From Eledone cirrhosa (taxonomy: Eukaryota), in NCBI GenBank assembly GCA_964016885.1, contig OZ024741.1, positions 163,928,001 to 163,992,000 on the forward strand: a stretch of DNA of 64,000 nt, given 5' to 3'. The notes beneath the pieces were generated by a model, which made no database searches, was not told the DNA's origin, and saw nothing but the letters and a program-made list of their open reading frames with translations. Of the stretch, positions 29,554 to 43,002 are shown one piece after another. Made by a program: the position numbers and the translations under genes. Within the stretch, counting starts at the first letter, position 1. The number at the start of each line of letters is the position of its first letter.

Positions 29554-29971
29554 GTATGCATATATTTATATATAGGAGTTGTGGTAAGGAACCAGATAAA
29601 TATATATATAAAGGTTCACCATACCGAGAACAATTGTTTCACCTTATGCGAACTGGCCAGGTTTCCGGGTCGCCAAATGGCAAGTGGGCCACAGGGGGCC
29701 CAAGGTAGCATTGCAAGAGCCCACTGTAGAATTTTAGGGGCCAATTATTTGCTTTCAAAAAATACCTGAAATTTAAGAGAAAGATTAATTTTCTTTTTAA
29801 ATAAATAAAACAATTAAAGCATTTGGTCCACCAATTCCCCGGAGAATTACTAGAAACCAAAATATACGATAGTGCAAATAGCTGGAATCAGTGGTTCTAC
29901 ATTCTACTAAATCTAAAGCTTAGTGTATTCATTCATGCAAACATACATATATAGACACAGACACACAAGCG

Positions 29972-30002
<31 letters not shown>

Positions 30003-30130
30003 AAAGTTATATTTAAATTGTTGGGTTAACAACGAGTAAATATTTATAACTGATATAAAAGCACTCAACAAGTATTTGGAGTATATTTATGATATTAAAT
30101 AAATGGAAACTATATTTATAAAACCATATT

Positions 30131-30196
30131 TATTTCATTATATATATTTCAGGGATATCATATTAACAATATGTTATGCCTTCTTCAGACAAAATA
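30131..30196 (-). ncRNA. Hammerhead ribozyme (left arm)
   Basis: Reverse complement of the 30652-30727 motif. Confidence 0.8.
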
Positions 30197-30651
30197 CAAT
30201 ATAAACAGTCTTATAAATAAATAGATACGACATACCTTTCAATCGACTTGCATTTGTGAAGTTGATTTGGCAGTAAAAAATATTGTGGACAGTTGCAAAA
30301 AGAAAGAGAGAAAGAAAGAAAGAAAGAAAAACGAAGAAAAAGAAGAAATGCATGTGACTAAATATATATATAGTTTCTCTATCTATCTCTATCTATCTCT
30401 TTCTTTTTTCCTCTCTCTATATATCTCTCTCTGTTTCTTTATATGAAGTTCTTCTCTTTATCTATCTTTCTATATCTCTCTATATTTAGTCACATGCATT
30501 TCTTCTTTTTCTTCGTTTTTCTTTCTTTCTTTCTTTCTCTCTTTCTTTTTGCAACTGTCCACAATATTTTTTTACTGCCAAATCAACTTCACAAATGCAA
30601 GTCGATTGAAAGGTATGTCGTATCTATTTATTTATAAGACTGTTTATATTG

Positions 30652-30727
30652 TATTTTGTCTGAAGAAGGCATAACATATTGTTAATATGATATCCCTGAA
30701 ATATATATAATGAAATAAATATGGTTT
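30652..30727 (+). ncRNA. Type I hammerhead ribozyme
   Basis: TATTTTGT-CTGAAGA-aGG..CATATT gtt AATATG..CCt-GAAA-TATATA-TA-ATGAAATA; helix I has two G-U pairs; AUA site. Confidence 0.8.
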
Positions 30728-30754
30728 TATAAATATAGTTTCCATTTATTTAAT

Positions 30755-30807
<53 letters not shown>

Positions 30808-30859
30808 GAGTTAAACAATATTTGTATTTTAATATATATATATATATATGGAAAAGAAT

Positions 30860-31132
30860 GGATCGAAATTTCATTTCTCACTCTTAGTACGACTGATACC
30901 TAAATATAAGTATGTATACGTACACACATATATGTATATACAGACGTACAGTAGTATGTATATATATATACATACATGCAACATATATATGTACGTATGG
31001 GTTTACCGAACATTTATTATAATGTTCGGTTTACCCGAATTACGCATATGTACGTATATATGTGTGCATGTATGTATATATATATACATACTACTCTACG
31101 TCTGTACACATATATGTATGTACGTATAGATA

Positions 31133-31181
<49 letters not shown>

Positions 31182-31288
31182 TAACACACGAACTACTGAC
31201 CAAATAATATTTGATATCAATGAGTTAAAGACATGTGTCAAATCACTAGTGGTGAAGGTGGTATATATATATATATAGGGAGAGATAG

Positions 31289-31325
<37 letters not shown>

Positions 31326-31328
31326 TAT

Positions 31329-31380
<52 letters not shown>

Positions 31381-31382
31381 TT

Positions 31383-31427
<45 letters not shown>

Positions 31428-31450
31428 GATAGATAGATAGATAGATAGTT

Positions 31451-31511
<61 letters not shown>

Positions 31512-31915
31512 TATGTACACGTACATACTTTTATGTATACAGACGTACAGTAGTATGTATATATATATACATACATGCACATATATATATATATATGTAC
31601 GTATGGATTCACCGAACATTTATTATAATGCTCGGTGTGTTTGTAAACAAACATCCCGTATTAAGTGTTGAACAAACGAGCAACGATGGTTGATAGACAC
31701 TACGGCTTAATACGGGATGTTTGTTTACAAACACACCGAGCATTATAATAAATGTTCGGTGAATCCATACGTACATATATATATGTGTGCATGTATGTAT
31801 ATATACATACTACTGTACGTCTGTATACATATAAGTATGTACGTGTACATACTTATATTTAAGTAACAGCCGTACTAAGAGTGGGAAATGAAATTTCGTT
31901 TCATTTTTTCCGTTT
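30860..31915. repeat. Nested inverted repeats with (TA)n, (CA)n and (GATA)n
   Basis: ~31510-31663 pairs with ~31707-31855; ~30860-31030 also pairs with ~31735-31910; ~31200-31450 is inverted at ~33630-33850. Confidence 0.8.
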
Positions 31916-31932
31916 ATATATATATATATATA

Positions 31933-32475
31933 TATAAAGAATTAATATCTAGTAACATATATATACATACAGATGCATATCAATGCTAGCAAATATATAG
32001 GTTTTGTCTTAGTAACTTTGTGGTTCAATGCATGGGGTTGCAGGACAATAATATGAGAGACATAAAATAAGAAAATTATAAAATTAACTTACTTACTAAA
32101 ATATCACTTCCAACTAATTAGTTTCTGGAATGGAATAAATATATTTTCCGAAGAAAACGTGGAGAAACATTCCGTCGTCAGGGAAGACTATTCTCATCTA
32201 AGTATCCAGGCAAAGCGTGGACTCTGGAAACTTATTAAAAAATAATTCAGTGGATAGAAAATAGCAAAGCGTGGACTGAATTCCTAGCCATTGAGAAAAT
32301 CACTACCTCTGCGTCGGTGGCAAATTCAAAAAGAATCAATCACGTGACAGCGAGGTCAATCAGTGGAAAGTGGTTTGCTAATAAGACAGCGGCCTGCCTG
32401 CTACCATAGCAGCAGTCATGGCCAATATTGCTCGACAAATAATTTGGAGATAATTATAAAGAATTAATATCTAGT

Positions 32476-32482
<7 letters not shown>
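31933..32482 (-). mobile_element. Retrozyme-like ~522-bp unit with terminal direct repeat
   Basis: TATAAAGAATTAATATCTAGTAACATAT at both ends (period 522); internal hammerhead; related to ~54.2-54.44 kb. Confidence 0.8.
32107..32186 (-). ncRNA. Type I hammerhead ribozyme
   Basis: Minus strand CTTCC-CTGACGA-cGGAATG...CATTCCa-GAAA-CTAATTAG-TT-GGAAG. Confidence 0.9.
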
Positions 32483-32502
<20 letters not shown>

Positions 32503-32510
<8 letters not shown>

Positions 32511-33197
32511 GAATAATCGAGTATCGAAAAATCGGCGCACGAGTTCACGATAAACAAAATTCGAGATGAGCAGCAGAGGGCTCTATAATTCAAATAAATT
32601 AGAGCTATAACTATCGTTAAATACCGTCACACGTAGAATATGTCTACAATCAACCAAATAACCGATAAGTTCGATATGGAAGATTCGGGACACTCAGATA
32701 AATTATCAATAAATCAATAAATGAAATGAATGTAAAATGCATACCCGGACCCACTAGAGAGATGGAATATCTAGCTTCTTGGGTTTCTGTAAATCCTTAA
32801 ACCGCCATCTATCAGCTCATATAAAAATATAAGACTTACAGATAGCGGGGGACTGGAGTTACTTTATCAACGAGCTTCGTCCGAATGGATGGAAAGACAA
32901 GACCCAGGCTAAAAATACGCACATGGATTTCAGCAAGGGAGATAACCTTTATATCCGCAAAAATATTCGGAAAAGTGTGGCAAAAACACATATCGAATAA
33001 GAGTGCTCAATAGACATGTTAAAATAAACAGGGGCTATTCATCATTTAATAGAATCGACAAAAAATGAACATAAAATTAACTGGTCAATAGCTAAGTCTA
33101 GAGCTAAATATAGTAGAATAATCGAGTATCGAAAAATCGGCGCACGAGTTCACGATAAACAAAATTCGAGATGAGCGGCAGAGGGCTCTATAATTCT
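32503..33197 (-). mobile_element. ~605-bp unit with ~90-bp terminal direct repeat
   Basis: 32503-32591 repeated at 33108-33196 and partly at 33341-33408; AAGGGAGATAAC box at 32935-32946; hammerhead-like variant core at ~32764-32883. Confidence 0.7.
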
Positions 33198-33271
33198 ATA
33201 TATTTCTAAAAACTATATATATATATAATTCTAAAAACTATATATATATATATATAGTTTTAATATAGATG

Positions 33272-33322
33272 AGATTCTACAGGACTAGAACTGTTTCATT
33301 CTTTAGAAATCCTCAGGAATCT
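33272..33322 (-). ncRNA. Compact hammerhead ribozyme
   Basis: Minus strand AGATTC-CTGAGGA-tTTCT aa AGAAt-GAAA-CAG ttctagtc CTG-TA-GAATCT. Confidence 0.85.
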
Positions 33323-33480
33323 GGGTTTCCAAAAATAAATTCGAAAAATCGGCGCACGAGTTCACGATAAACAAAATTCGAGATGAGCGGCAGAGGGCTC
33401 TATAATTCTATATATTTCTAAAAACTATATATATATATAATTCTAAAAACTATATATATATATATATATAGTTTTAATAT

Positions 33481-33531
33481 AGATTCTACAGGACTAGAAC
33501 TGTTTCATTCTTTAGAAATCCTCAGGAATCT
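33481..33531 (-). ncRNA. Compact hammerhead ribozyme (tandem duplicate)
   Basis: Identical to 33272-33322, within a ~210-bp local duplication. Confidence 0.85.
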
Positions 33532-33597
33532 GGGTTTCCAAAAATAAATGTTGTGGTATTTATATATAGGGAGAGATACATAGATACAAACCTCACG

Positions 33598-33632
<35 letters not shown>

Positions 33633-33888
33633 GTGTGGGCGTGTGTGTAACTATCTATCTATCTATCTATATATATATATATATGTATATGTATGTGTGT
33701 GTGTGTGTGTGTAACTATCTATCTATCTATATATATATATGTGTATGTGTATGTGTGTGTGTGTGTGTATCTATCTATCTCTCGCTATATATATACACCA
33801 CCTTCACCACTAATGATTTGACACATGTTGTAACTCATTGATACCAAATAATAGTTATAAATGCCACTACATTTATTTTGGGGAAGCC

Positions 33889-33938
33889 AGATTCCTGATG
33901 ATTTCTAAAGAATGAAACAGTTCTAGTCCTTAGAATCT
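33889..33938 (+). ncRNA. Compact hammerhead (opposite-strand copy, 1-nt deletion in helix III)
   Basis: AGATTC-CTGATGA-TTTCTAAAGAAT-GAAA-CAGTTCTAGTCCT-TA-GAATCT; downstream 33916-34020 matches 56190-56293. Confidence 0.75.
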
Positions 33939-34049
33939 CATCTATATTAAAACTTTTATACTCTGCTATGTATTGAGTACCTTACTTACTGTGGTTACCT
34001 CCGATTCAACCCGGAATATCTTACCTTATATATATATATATTGAGTGAA

Positions 34050-34278
34050 TGTGAAAGACCAAAGGTCATTACGGAAAGTCTCTGGAATTCGCAAAATACA
34101 TATTTTTTATTGGAGAAGGTAAGATATTTTTCCAAAAAAATTTGATTGCACTGTTTTGTTTACACTTATGTATTTTTTGAAAATGTTATTTATTCATTAT
34201 AAAAATTAAATGATAGCATTCTATATGTAGGTGGGCCCTTTCGTCTGGCAACCAATATCTTTAGACCTGGTCCGCCAC

Positions 34279-34328
<50 letters not shown>

Positions 34329-35218
34329 GCTAATCATTGTAAATTTGAATCTAACTGACATGCCAAAACATATATATAGGAATAAGGTAAGCCCAAATCA
34401 TAGTAGATTCAAATATCACAGAGAGAAAGAGAAAGAGAGAGAGGGGTAGAGGAGGAGAAGAAATGAGGTGGAACAGAAATGAAACATGAATTACAGGTTA
34501 AAATAGTCTAGATAGATGAGAAACAAAACGAGGATGTAGTTTATTGAACACTCAAATTATTTAGAATTTGACCTTAAGTAGGAGCAATAACATTAAGAAA
34601 GACATGAAAGACACTACAACACTTCGTTTTGAAAATTTTGAAAGTAGGTTTATAAGTATAGAATTCATAAGATTTTCGGAGTTGTCACTCACTGTGACCT
34701 AGTGGTAGGTACTAGAGACGGTGGAGATCCTGGCCTTGGGTTCAATCCTGGCCAAGTGGTGCATGTAACCTTTTTCAGTTTTTTTTATTTTACAACCAAC
34801 AGAAAAAGAATGAAAAGGTTTACGGGAACCCTACTCCCGACCAGTATCGAACTTCAGACAGGATCACCACCGTCTATGATTCCTCCAACTAGGCCAGCGA
34901 AATTGCTACAAAAGTAAAATGAAAATTGATAATTATAAACCACTTACAAAATCAAAGTTAAAAGGATGTGGTGTTGTTAATGTCTTTCCTAGAGCTATTA
35001 GTAATATTTAGGGTCGACTTCTGGTCATCATGGAAAGTCTCTGGATTTTGCAAAATACATAATATTTCTTATTGGAGAAGGAAAGATATTTTTCCGCAAA
35101 AGTTTGATTGCACTATTTTGTTTCCACTTAAGTATTTTTCGAAAATGCTATTTATTCATTATAAAAATTAAAATTCATCTCCTGGCAACTAATATTTTTT
35201 TACTCAGTCCGCCTCTGT
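34050..35218. repeat. Two ~160-bp direct repeats, each followed by a DNA-transposon-like end
   Basis: ~34065-34210 matches ~35025-35171; followed by GTCCGCCACTG (34270-34280) and GTCCGCCTCTG (35208-35218). Confidence 0.5.
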
Positions 35219-35536
35219 ATATATATATGTGTGTGTGTGTGTGTATAAAATTTACAAAATTATTATTTAAATCATCACAATCCAGAAGAGTGGGAATAAC
35301 ATTTATTGCATAACACTAACACGTGTTTCATTGTTGTATAATATATCAGTCTAGGATCGCTAATATTTGACTATTTAAATCAAATCCAATCGAATACAAC
35401 TATTTCGAAAATCATATGGTGACACAACACATTATCATAGTGGAATAAGAATGTTTTCACATATAGAAATATATAAAAGGCATGCAAGAATTAAAGTAAA
35501 CTGAATAACGCTATAATTCTCTCTTTCTCTCGTTCG

Positions 35537-35697
<161 letters not shown>

Positions 35698-36239
35698 AAT
35701 TTGATCGCGCCAGTAGATGTTTAAGTGTATGAGTGTTAATCTAAATTCCTGAAAGTACTTTTATAGATTTTAATTCATAATTTTTATATTTGATTTTATG
35801 GGTAGTACAAACAATGTTTTATATTGTATTACTGAATTAACTGGTATTTTATTTATGCTATGTTTTTTTAGTCGAAAACTCTCTGTCTGTTAGTTTAATA
35901 ACCGAATGGTCGTTTAGTTGTTGATTGTCAAAGTTCAAATAAGAAATCTTTCAAAACAAATACAAAAACGAAGTTTTTATATATGCACGCGTATGTTTTT
36001 TTCTCACCAATTTTTTTTTTCTCATTTCCCCGTTCCTTCCTCTCATCACTCTTTACTTTCTATTTATCTTCTATTTCTATTTATCTTCTATTTCTGATGA
36101 AGGACTAATATCCAAAATGTTAAGACTCTCTTCCACTGCTATTTCAAGCGTTAAACTAATATATTTGTTCTATGTACTGTGCCGTTTGTTGTCTTATTTT
36201 TGCTATCACTTTTACAGAGTTTTAATTCTTTCAGCCTCC

Positions 36240-37180
36240 CTCGGAAGCTCATCTGTTCCATTGAGGCAATCTTCTTGATGAAACATCGTTGGGTTGCTTC
36301 GAGTTTCGCAACTAATTAGACGTCGTTGGGTGACCTAAGTTGATAACAATAGCTGAGGCCGCTGAGGAAAAATATTCGCCACGAACCCAATATTGTTTTC
36401 TCAACCCTTTTCCTGAATGACCTCAGAATCCACGGGCCACTTTTCTAAACATTGCCGACATCTTAGCGATGTACACATGTGATTACCATCACGGCTCTTA
36501 TCAATTCTCATGTAACGCACTGTTTTTACAACCCTTGCTGATCCAGAATCTCTTTGGAATTTTGATTGTCTATGATACTTTCGTAATGTTAGATCCTGAG
36601 TGGTTCCCTATATAACCGAAGGCATGTTTGAGAGTGCCACTACAAACAACAGTGGCCCAAAGAGAGCTTTGTGTATGACTTTACTTAGTATTGGTTTCCT
36701 CCAAGAGGGCACCACGGCTTGTAACAGCCTTGTTTCTGGCTTTTACAAAAGCATGCAGCCATTCCCCTAGTATTTCAACTATGTCGAGCACACGCAAGTT
36801 GAGATATCATTCCTTACTCAACTTCGTCGAAGGCCTTTGGAACGTCGAAATATATCCACGTTTCAGCAGTTTTACTATTGTTTCAACATCTTGTCATAAT
36901 GCAGTTTATATGTGCTGGTTGTTAGTTAACAAGCCATTTTCTTCAAAGGGATGTAATCAGTTTCCTTCTGATAATCCGTTCAATGACATTTCTGGATGCG
37001 AACTGAGAAGGAATATAAATTTTCGCATCTGCTCTGCATCTTCTTTTATGCATAGGACAATTTATCATTTGCGAAGAAGCTCTGAAAAAGAATTTGTTGT
37101 GATTTTGTTATAGGATGTTTGCAGTTTTGGGGGGAAGACTGTTGAGAACCCATTAGACGCAGTAGCTGAATTTAAGCTCA
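36240..37180 (-). pseudogene. Heavily decayed LINE reverse transcriptase
   Basis: Minus strand 36820-36850 gives FDVPKAFDEV (motif A-like) and ~36640-36670 gives SLLGPLLFVV (motif B-like). Confidence 0.7.
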
Positions 37181-37682
37181 TTTCATTTCATTTGATATAA
37201 TTGGTGGTTGTCCTTTACCGTATGGAGCTGTGATGTCAAAAGGATTATTTGGCTTATTTATTTTTAATTCTAAAAGAGATAGATAAGTAGAGAAAGAGAG
37301 AGATATGGGAGGAGAGGATACGTGAGAGAGAGGGCGAGAAGTAGCGAGGGAGAAAGAATGGGTTAAAAAGATTGGGTGAGAAGATAAAGAGCGAGAAAGA
37401 GAAAGAGAATAAGAGTGAGAGAAAGAGAGAGTAGATGAACGATAGAAATTCTGAGAGAATGAAAACAGAGCACGAGAAAAAGAATGAAAAAAGGGAATTT
37501 GATAAAGGGAGTCAGAGAGAGAAAGAGAGAGAGGGGGGAGTAAATATGAAAGAGAGGGACTATAAGAGAAAAAGGAGAAAAGAGTGAGGGCCAAAGAGAA
37601 TAAGACATGTGGAGAGATAAAGAAAGTGAAATAGAAAAAGAATGCAAGAAGGGTAGTGAGAGGAACAGACTGAGATATGTAC

Positions 37683-37763
<81 letters not shown>

Positions 37764-37767
<4 letters not shown>

Positions 37768-38186
37768 AGACCTGAAAAATACGCAAGCTCAAAAGAGCCA
37801 CAGAATGTTATAATAAACCTTCAAAAGTGTGGGACTAGAGTTGTTGCTCAAAAATATTGTAATCATTATCTATTGTACACTCTGTGGCATCCTTTTATAA
37901 AAAAGAGACTCATAACGAACTCAAGACGACACGATAATTATTTAAGCTAATGTTCAATATCTCATATTAGATGTTTAGTAATGATTAATACGAAATGCAC
38001 TTAAACCGAATTCTATATTATCGTCTTGAGTTCGTTATGAGTCTCTTTTTTATAAAAGGATGCCACAGAGTGTACGATAGATAATGATTACAATATTTTT
38101 GAGCAACAACTCTAGTCCCATACTTTTGAAGGTTTATTATAACATTCTGTGGCTCTTTTGAGCCTGCACATTTTTCAGGTCTAGTT
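37764..38186. repeat. Inverted repeat (~170-bp arms)
   Basis: 37764-37930 is the reverse complement of 38022-38186. Confidence 0.9.
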
Positions 38187-39129
38187 TAATATTTTTTTAA
38201 GGCAACGCTTGTAATAACTTTAGTTAAACATGATATATATTAATAATAAATTATCGTTGTAATGTAATTAGATTTTATAATTGCTATTTTATAAATGATC
38301 TTATAAATATTATTGTAAGATGTATAAAAATATTTTCAGACTTTTAATATAAACAACTACAAAAATCAATCAATATTAAATAAATATATTTTACATAATA
38401 ATTGTTATAGTTGAATTAATAAAAATTAAATATTACAAACAAATAGTCTAATATAATAATAATAAAATAATCTAACATAAAACGAACAATAATATGGACA
38501 AATATACAAGTAAATATGATACAACCAATATTATAAGCATGTTATAACGAACTGAAAAATAAAATAGTTAATATAAATTGAAAAAAATCATATATAAATT
38601 AACAATATATCTTACCAAAACGAGAAAAATATTTTGATGATAAAACGACGAAATACAGGAGGAAGATTCGAAAGTGAACCGATAAATAAACGTGCAAACA
38701 AAATGGCGGATGCTTTTGAGCAACAATTATTCTCGTTGGTTGATTAGCCAATAAGACGATGAAATTAGCCAATAAGACGATGAAATTAGCCAATAAGACG
38801 ATACATTACAAAACATGTTTGGCAGGGATCACCAGGGCCAGCGAAATCCCTTGAATTTTATATTCACAAGCTACGCATATATGTCAGACACGCAGACTTA
38901 AAACATTCTGTTGTTAGTCACTGCGTGTCTAACAGATATACATATATATATATACATGTATATATATACATATATATATACATATATACATGTATATATA
39001 TATACATATATACATATAAATATACATATATATATACATATATACATATATATACATATATATATATGTATATACATATATACAATACACACACACATAT
39101 ATATATATATACATATACATATACATACT

Positions 39130-39172
<43 letters not shown>

Positions 39173-39805
39173 TGAATATATATATGTGTGTGTGCGTGTG
39201 TATGTGCGTGTGTGTGAGTATGTATATGTATATGTATATGTATAGAGGGAGGAGGGAGAGAGAGAATCTAGTGAGGTACAGATCTAAGTAGATAGAGAGA
39301 TTTAATGAAGGGTGCACGGAAGCTCCAAACATTTAATTCGATCTTCATGTAAATATTAGAAGTGAAAAACGAAACCAGAGAAATGAAAAGAAAGTCAATA
39401 ATGTAAAATGTATGGTATCAACGATATTGTGAATATATCTCTCTCTCTAAAACAACAGCAACAACGTCATCTTCAACAACGGCAGTTATAACACAACCAT
39501 AGCTACACTAACAACAACAAATGACACCAAAACACCAACAACATCTAGTACAAGAACACCTGTAACAACACCTTAGCTGATGGTGGCAACGACGGTGTTG
39601 ATATCATCTGCAAGTATAATATATTAAACAAATATGAAAGACAACAGCGTTGTAAAGGAGAAAACTCACCAACTATGAAATCTTAAGTGCTGACAAGATG
39701 ACATTTGTTACTGCATTATCGTTAGAACATTTTACTTATGAAATAAAACATTATTCTATTCGAAATATTTCAGACGAATAAATAAAGAGAAAATCCTCAT
39801 TATTG

Positions 39806-39808
39806 TAA

Positions 39809-39896
<88 letters not shown>

Positions 39897-39990
39897 TGTT
39901 GTTGTTGTTGTTGTTGTTGTAGTAATAGTAGTAGTAGTTGTTGTTGCTGCTGCTGCTGCTGCTGCTGTTGTTGTTGTTGTTGTTGTTGTT
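39806..39990. repeat. Compound (TAG)n/(TTG)n/(CTG)n microsatellite
   Basis: Direct reading of the sequence. Confidence 0.95.
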
Positions 39991-41003
39991 CATGTCATTT
40001 TAAATGTGAGAACGTTTGCAATTTTGAAACAGTCTCAATGTCAATATTTTACTATTTTAAAGATTTAAATCAATTTAATTAAGATTACTTGAATATATTA
40101 TTATCACTTTTTTCTTCATATTTTCATTCATATATCGCATGTCAAATCAAATACATGTTAAAAAAATGTATCGATCTTTATAGCCTGGTTGAGCAAGTTA
40201 GCACTGGAATGATTAAAGCGCTTATCATTTCTGTAAAACTTGGATTCTTGTTTATTTTTCTTTCGTTTTTCTTTTTTTTTTTCCTAGATTTTTGGATTTT
40301 TTTAAAATTCTGACGGAACGTATTAAGATATTTAAACACGTGCTAATAAGATATTTAAAAGAATTTCAAGTTTAGTAATTGATTCTTTGTGTGAGTTAAG
40401 AATGGTGAAAAGTACACATCTCGAGGAATAATTAATATAATTAAGTCAATTTACTCACTCGAAATAAAATACAGTGAGTCATTGAGTTATTGAGGGGCGT
40501 ATTCACGTGTGGTTTGGATCAGCCATATTTTGCTTGTTGACACACCAACTATAGATATAATACACTAAGCTAGCGATATCATTCTCCATTTACCACTCCT
40601 TTCCCCAAAATGCCACGCCCAAACTTTACACTTCTGCCATTGATAGGTTAAAGTGAATCTACCAGAGTTTTCTTTTTCCTTCCTGATTGGAGTTATCATG
40701 TTTATTTTGGCCAACCACCTATCGGATAACGAAGTTGTCAAGAAAATATGGCTGTCTCATTCATTTCATAATTCTTAGCGCAAACGACTACCCTTTTATT
40801 GTAAGACGATCTAGTAACTTTTTCTTGTTCCATATAGTATGGTCTTATGTAACGTATGAATTATGAGGGAGTACATTCTTCCTTCAAGAATCTAGGTTTG
40901 ACCATACTTTGGTTTGTTAGATTGTGAATATCCATTCTCGAAAATGGTTATAAAGCTAAAATACCATTTTCTGTACTGGGTTTATAATCTCATTATTAGT
41001 ATA

Positions 41004-41042
<39 letters not shown>

Positions 41043-41052
41043 ATCATTATTA

Positions 41053-41092
<40 letters not shown>

Positions 41093-41133
41093 AAGAGGTA
41101 TAAGTCAACATTTCATAATTTACTTCTTTTATT

Positions 41134-41192
41134 ACCGTTATATATATTTCGGTGATAGCCACAATTCAACAGTTATGACCTCTTCAGACAGT
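41134..41192 (-). ncRNA. Type I hammerhead ribozyme
   Basis: Minus strand ACTGT-CTGAAGA-GGTcATAaC...GcTATcACC-GAAA-TATATA-TA-ACGGT. Confidence 0.82.
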
Positions 41193-41254
41193 TACAAGCA
41201 TCACATAGAAGTTTTTCTTGGAGAAAAAATAATATCAGAGAAACGGTTACTTTT

Positions 41255-41354
<100 letters not shown>

Positions 41355-41436
41355 AAAGGTAACAGTTAAAAACTTTACTTTTCTCTGATATTATTTTTTC
41401 TCGAAGAAAAACTTTGTTTTCTATGTGATGCTTGTA

Positions 41437-41492
41437 ACTGTCTGAAGACGTCATAACTGTTGAATTGTGGTTATCACCGAAATATATATATA
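41437..41492 (+). ncRNA. Truncated hammerhead in the inverted arm
   Basis: CTGAAGA 41442-48 and GAAA-TATATA-TA at 41479; the 3' strand of helix I is missing. Arms ~41140-41258/41350-41490 flank a (TA)n run. Confidence 0.6.
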
Positions 41493-41496
41493 TAAG

Positions 41497-41630
41497 GGCG
41501 GTGGGTTAGCATAGAGTTACTTCCCGCCGAGGTTAAATTTCCCTTTCATCCTTACGGAGTCGATAAAATAAAGTACCAGTAATGTACTGGGTAATTGCTT
41601 GCCTTGTGCCAAAAGTAGAAACAATTATTA
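41497..41630 (+). mobile_element. Internally deleted SINE copy
   Basis: Family consensus match. Confidence 0.8.
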
Positions 41631-42454
41631 ATATAGAGATTAGTATTTTTTTCTCTTGTATTTCTTTAACCAAATTTGTGTCAAGGGGGCAGCTGAATTT
41701 CAGAATTTTGTTGCTCCAACTTACAATATAACATCTGTTATGCTTTAAATTGATGTTTAATGTTTTTGTGTTAAAAGTCACTTGGTAGGGACCACTTGGT
41801 TCTGGATCACATGGAATAATCTTCTAGTTAATACGTTATGTACTCTTCGATACCCCATGCGATATGTTAATAGGGTTTTTCCCAAACAATCTGTGTGTTT
41901 CGTTTCAAGTATACGTTACATCATTCTCAGTGAATTGGTATATTTTTGTATTTCGTAGGATTTTCTAATATTCCTACGGAAGAGATCAGTGTCAGTTATT
42001 ATTTCCTGTTTCTCTACATTATCAACGACACTAATGATCTTTTTACTTTCATCTTTATAAATTTGAGCAACATAATTGCATGGCACTTAAATCAACTCCA
42101 GTACGTGACTGGTATGTTATTGATCATGAAGAATGAAGAGCAAAGCTGACCTTGGCAGGATTTGAACTCAGAATGTAAAGAGCCAGAACAAATGCTGCAA
42201 AGAGAAAGAAGAGTTTTATCGGAGAGAAAATTGTAACACTAAGAAGTGATTCTGAAACATACACGTATGTGAAATACTGGGAAGTATATTAGCTGATAAA
42301 GTGTTGGATTTATCGATAAGGATATTGGTTAATGGAAATGGTGGTGATGGTTATGGTTGTGGCAAGGATAAGACAGTGGTAATGGTGGAAACTGTAATTC
42401 TATTATTGAACAATGATTTATTTAGAATCGTAAATTATTTAACGCATATTCTTT

Positions 42455-43002
42455 AGGGCAATTAACTGTCGTCTACTAAACTCAATTTTTTAATCAAGAA
42501 CTCAGGCTGGCTTATCCAATGACAATTAATAAAGTCCAGACTCAAATATTTAATAAAATCTTGCATTCTCTAAGGGAGAGAATTAACTAATGCTTTTGTT
42601 AGTGTGGTTAATACCAATGAGCCGCGGAAGACAATGAGAAAATTCTATCACTAAAATGTATTGTATATAAATATTGAATTAATGTCATAACCATGATTAG
42701 GATAATAATTCATCTCTACATTTGGATTTCAAATTCTGTTGAGGTCAACTTTGCCTTTCAGTCTTCAAGGATCAATAAAATAATGTACCAGTCAACGACT
42801 GGGCTCGATTTAACCGACTATTTCCGATCTACATATACACAAATTTACTGACCTTATGACAGATTAGGAATCATAATTATGATAATGAAAATTAACAGTG
42901 CAAGGATTAAAATGATACAATGAGAAAATAACAAATATATATCCAAGTAATTATAGTGTCTTAGATTTCAAAAACCGGGAAATTTCCTCGGGTTCAACTA
43001 AT
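42455..43002 (+). mobile_element. Helitron 3' remnant (Pif1-like helicase motif) with an inserted SINE
   Basis: 42501-42557 translates LRLAYPMTINKVQTQIFNK, resembling RLAFAMTINKSQGQT; 3' hairpin CCGGGAAATTTCCTCGG then CAACTAAT at 42976-43002; SINE at ~42720-42870. Confidence 0.6.

Larger units (their letters stand above)
30088..30760. repeat. Near-perfect inverted repeat of a pLTR fragment (~280-bp arms)
   Basis: 30088-30370 is the reverse complement of ~30480-30760; each arm contains a hammerhead. Confidence 0.92.

Noticed and set aside
34694-34757. tRNA-like sequence with A/B-box-like motifs
   Set aside because: No convincing cloverleaf; more likely a SINE-head relic. The same applies to the other SINE heads.
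36090-36126. CTGATGAAGGA..TCCAAAATGTT hammerhead-like motif
   Set aside because: GAAA is mutated to AAAA; a dead Neptune-type pLTR relic, not counted as a ribozyme.
39751-39993. Poly-N/S/Y ORF
   Set aside because: Trinucleotide microsatellite translation.
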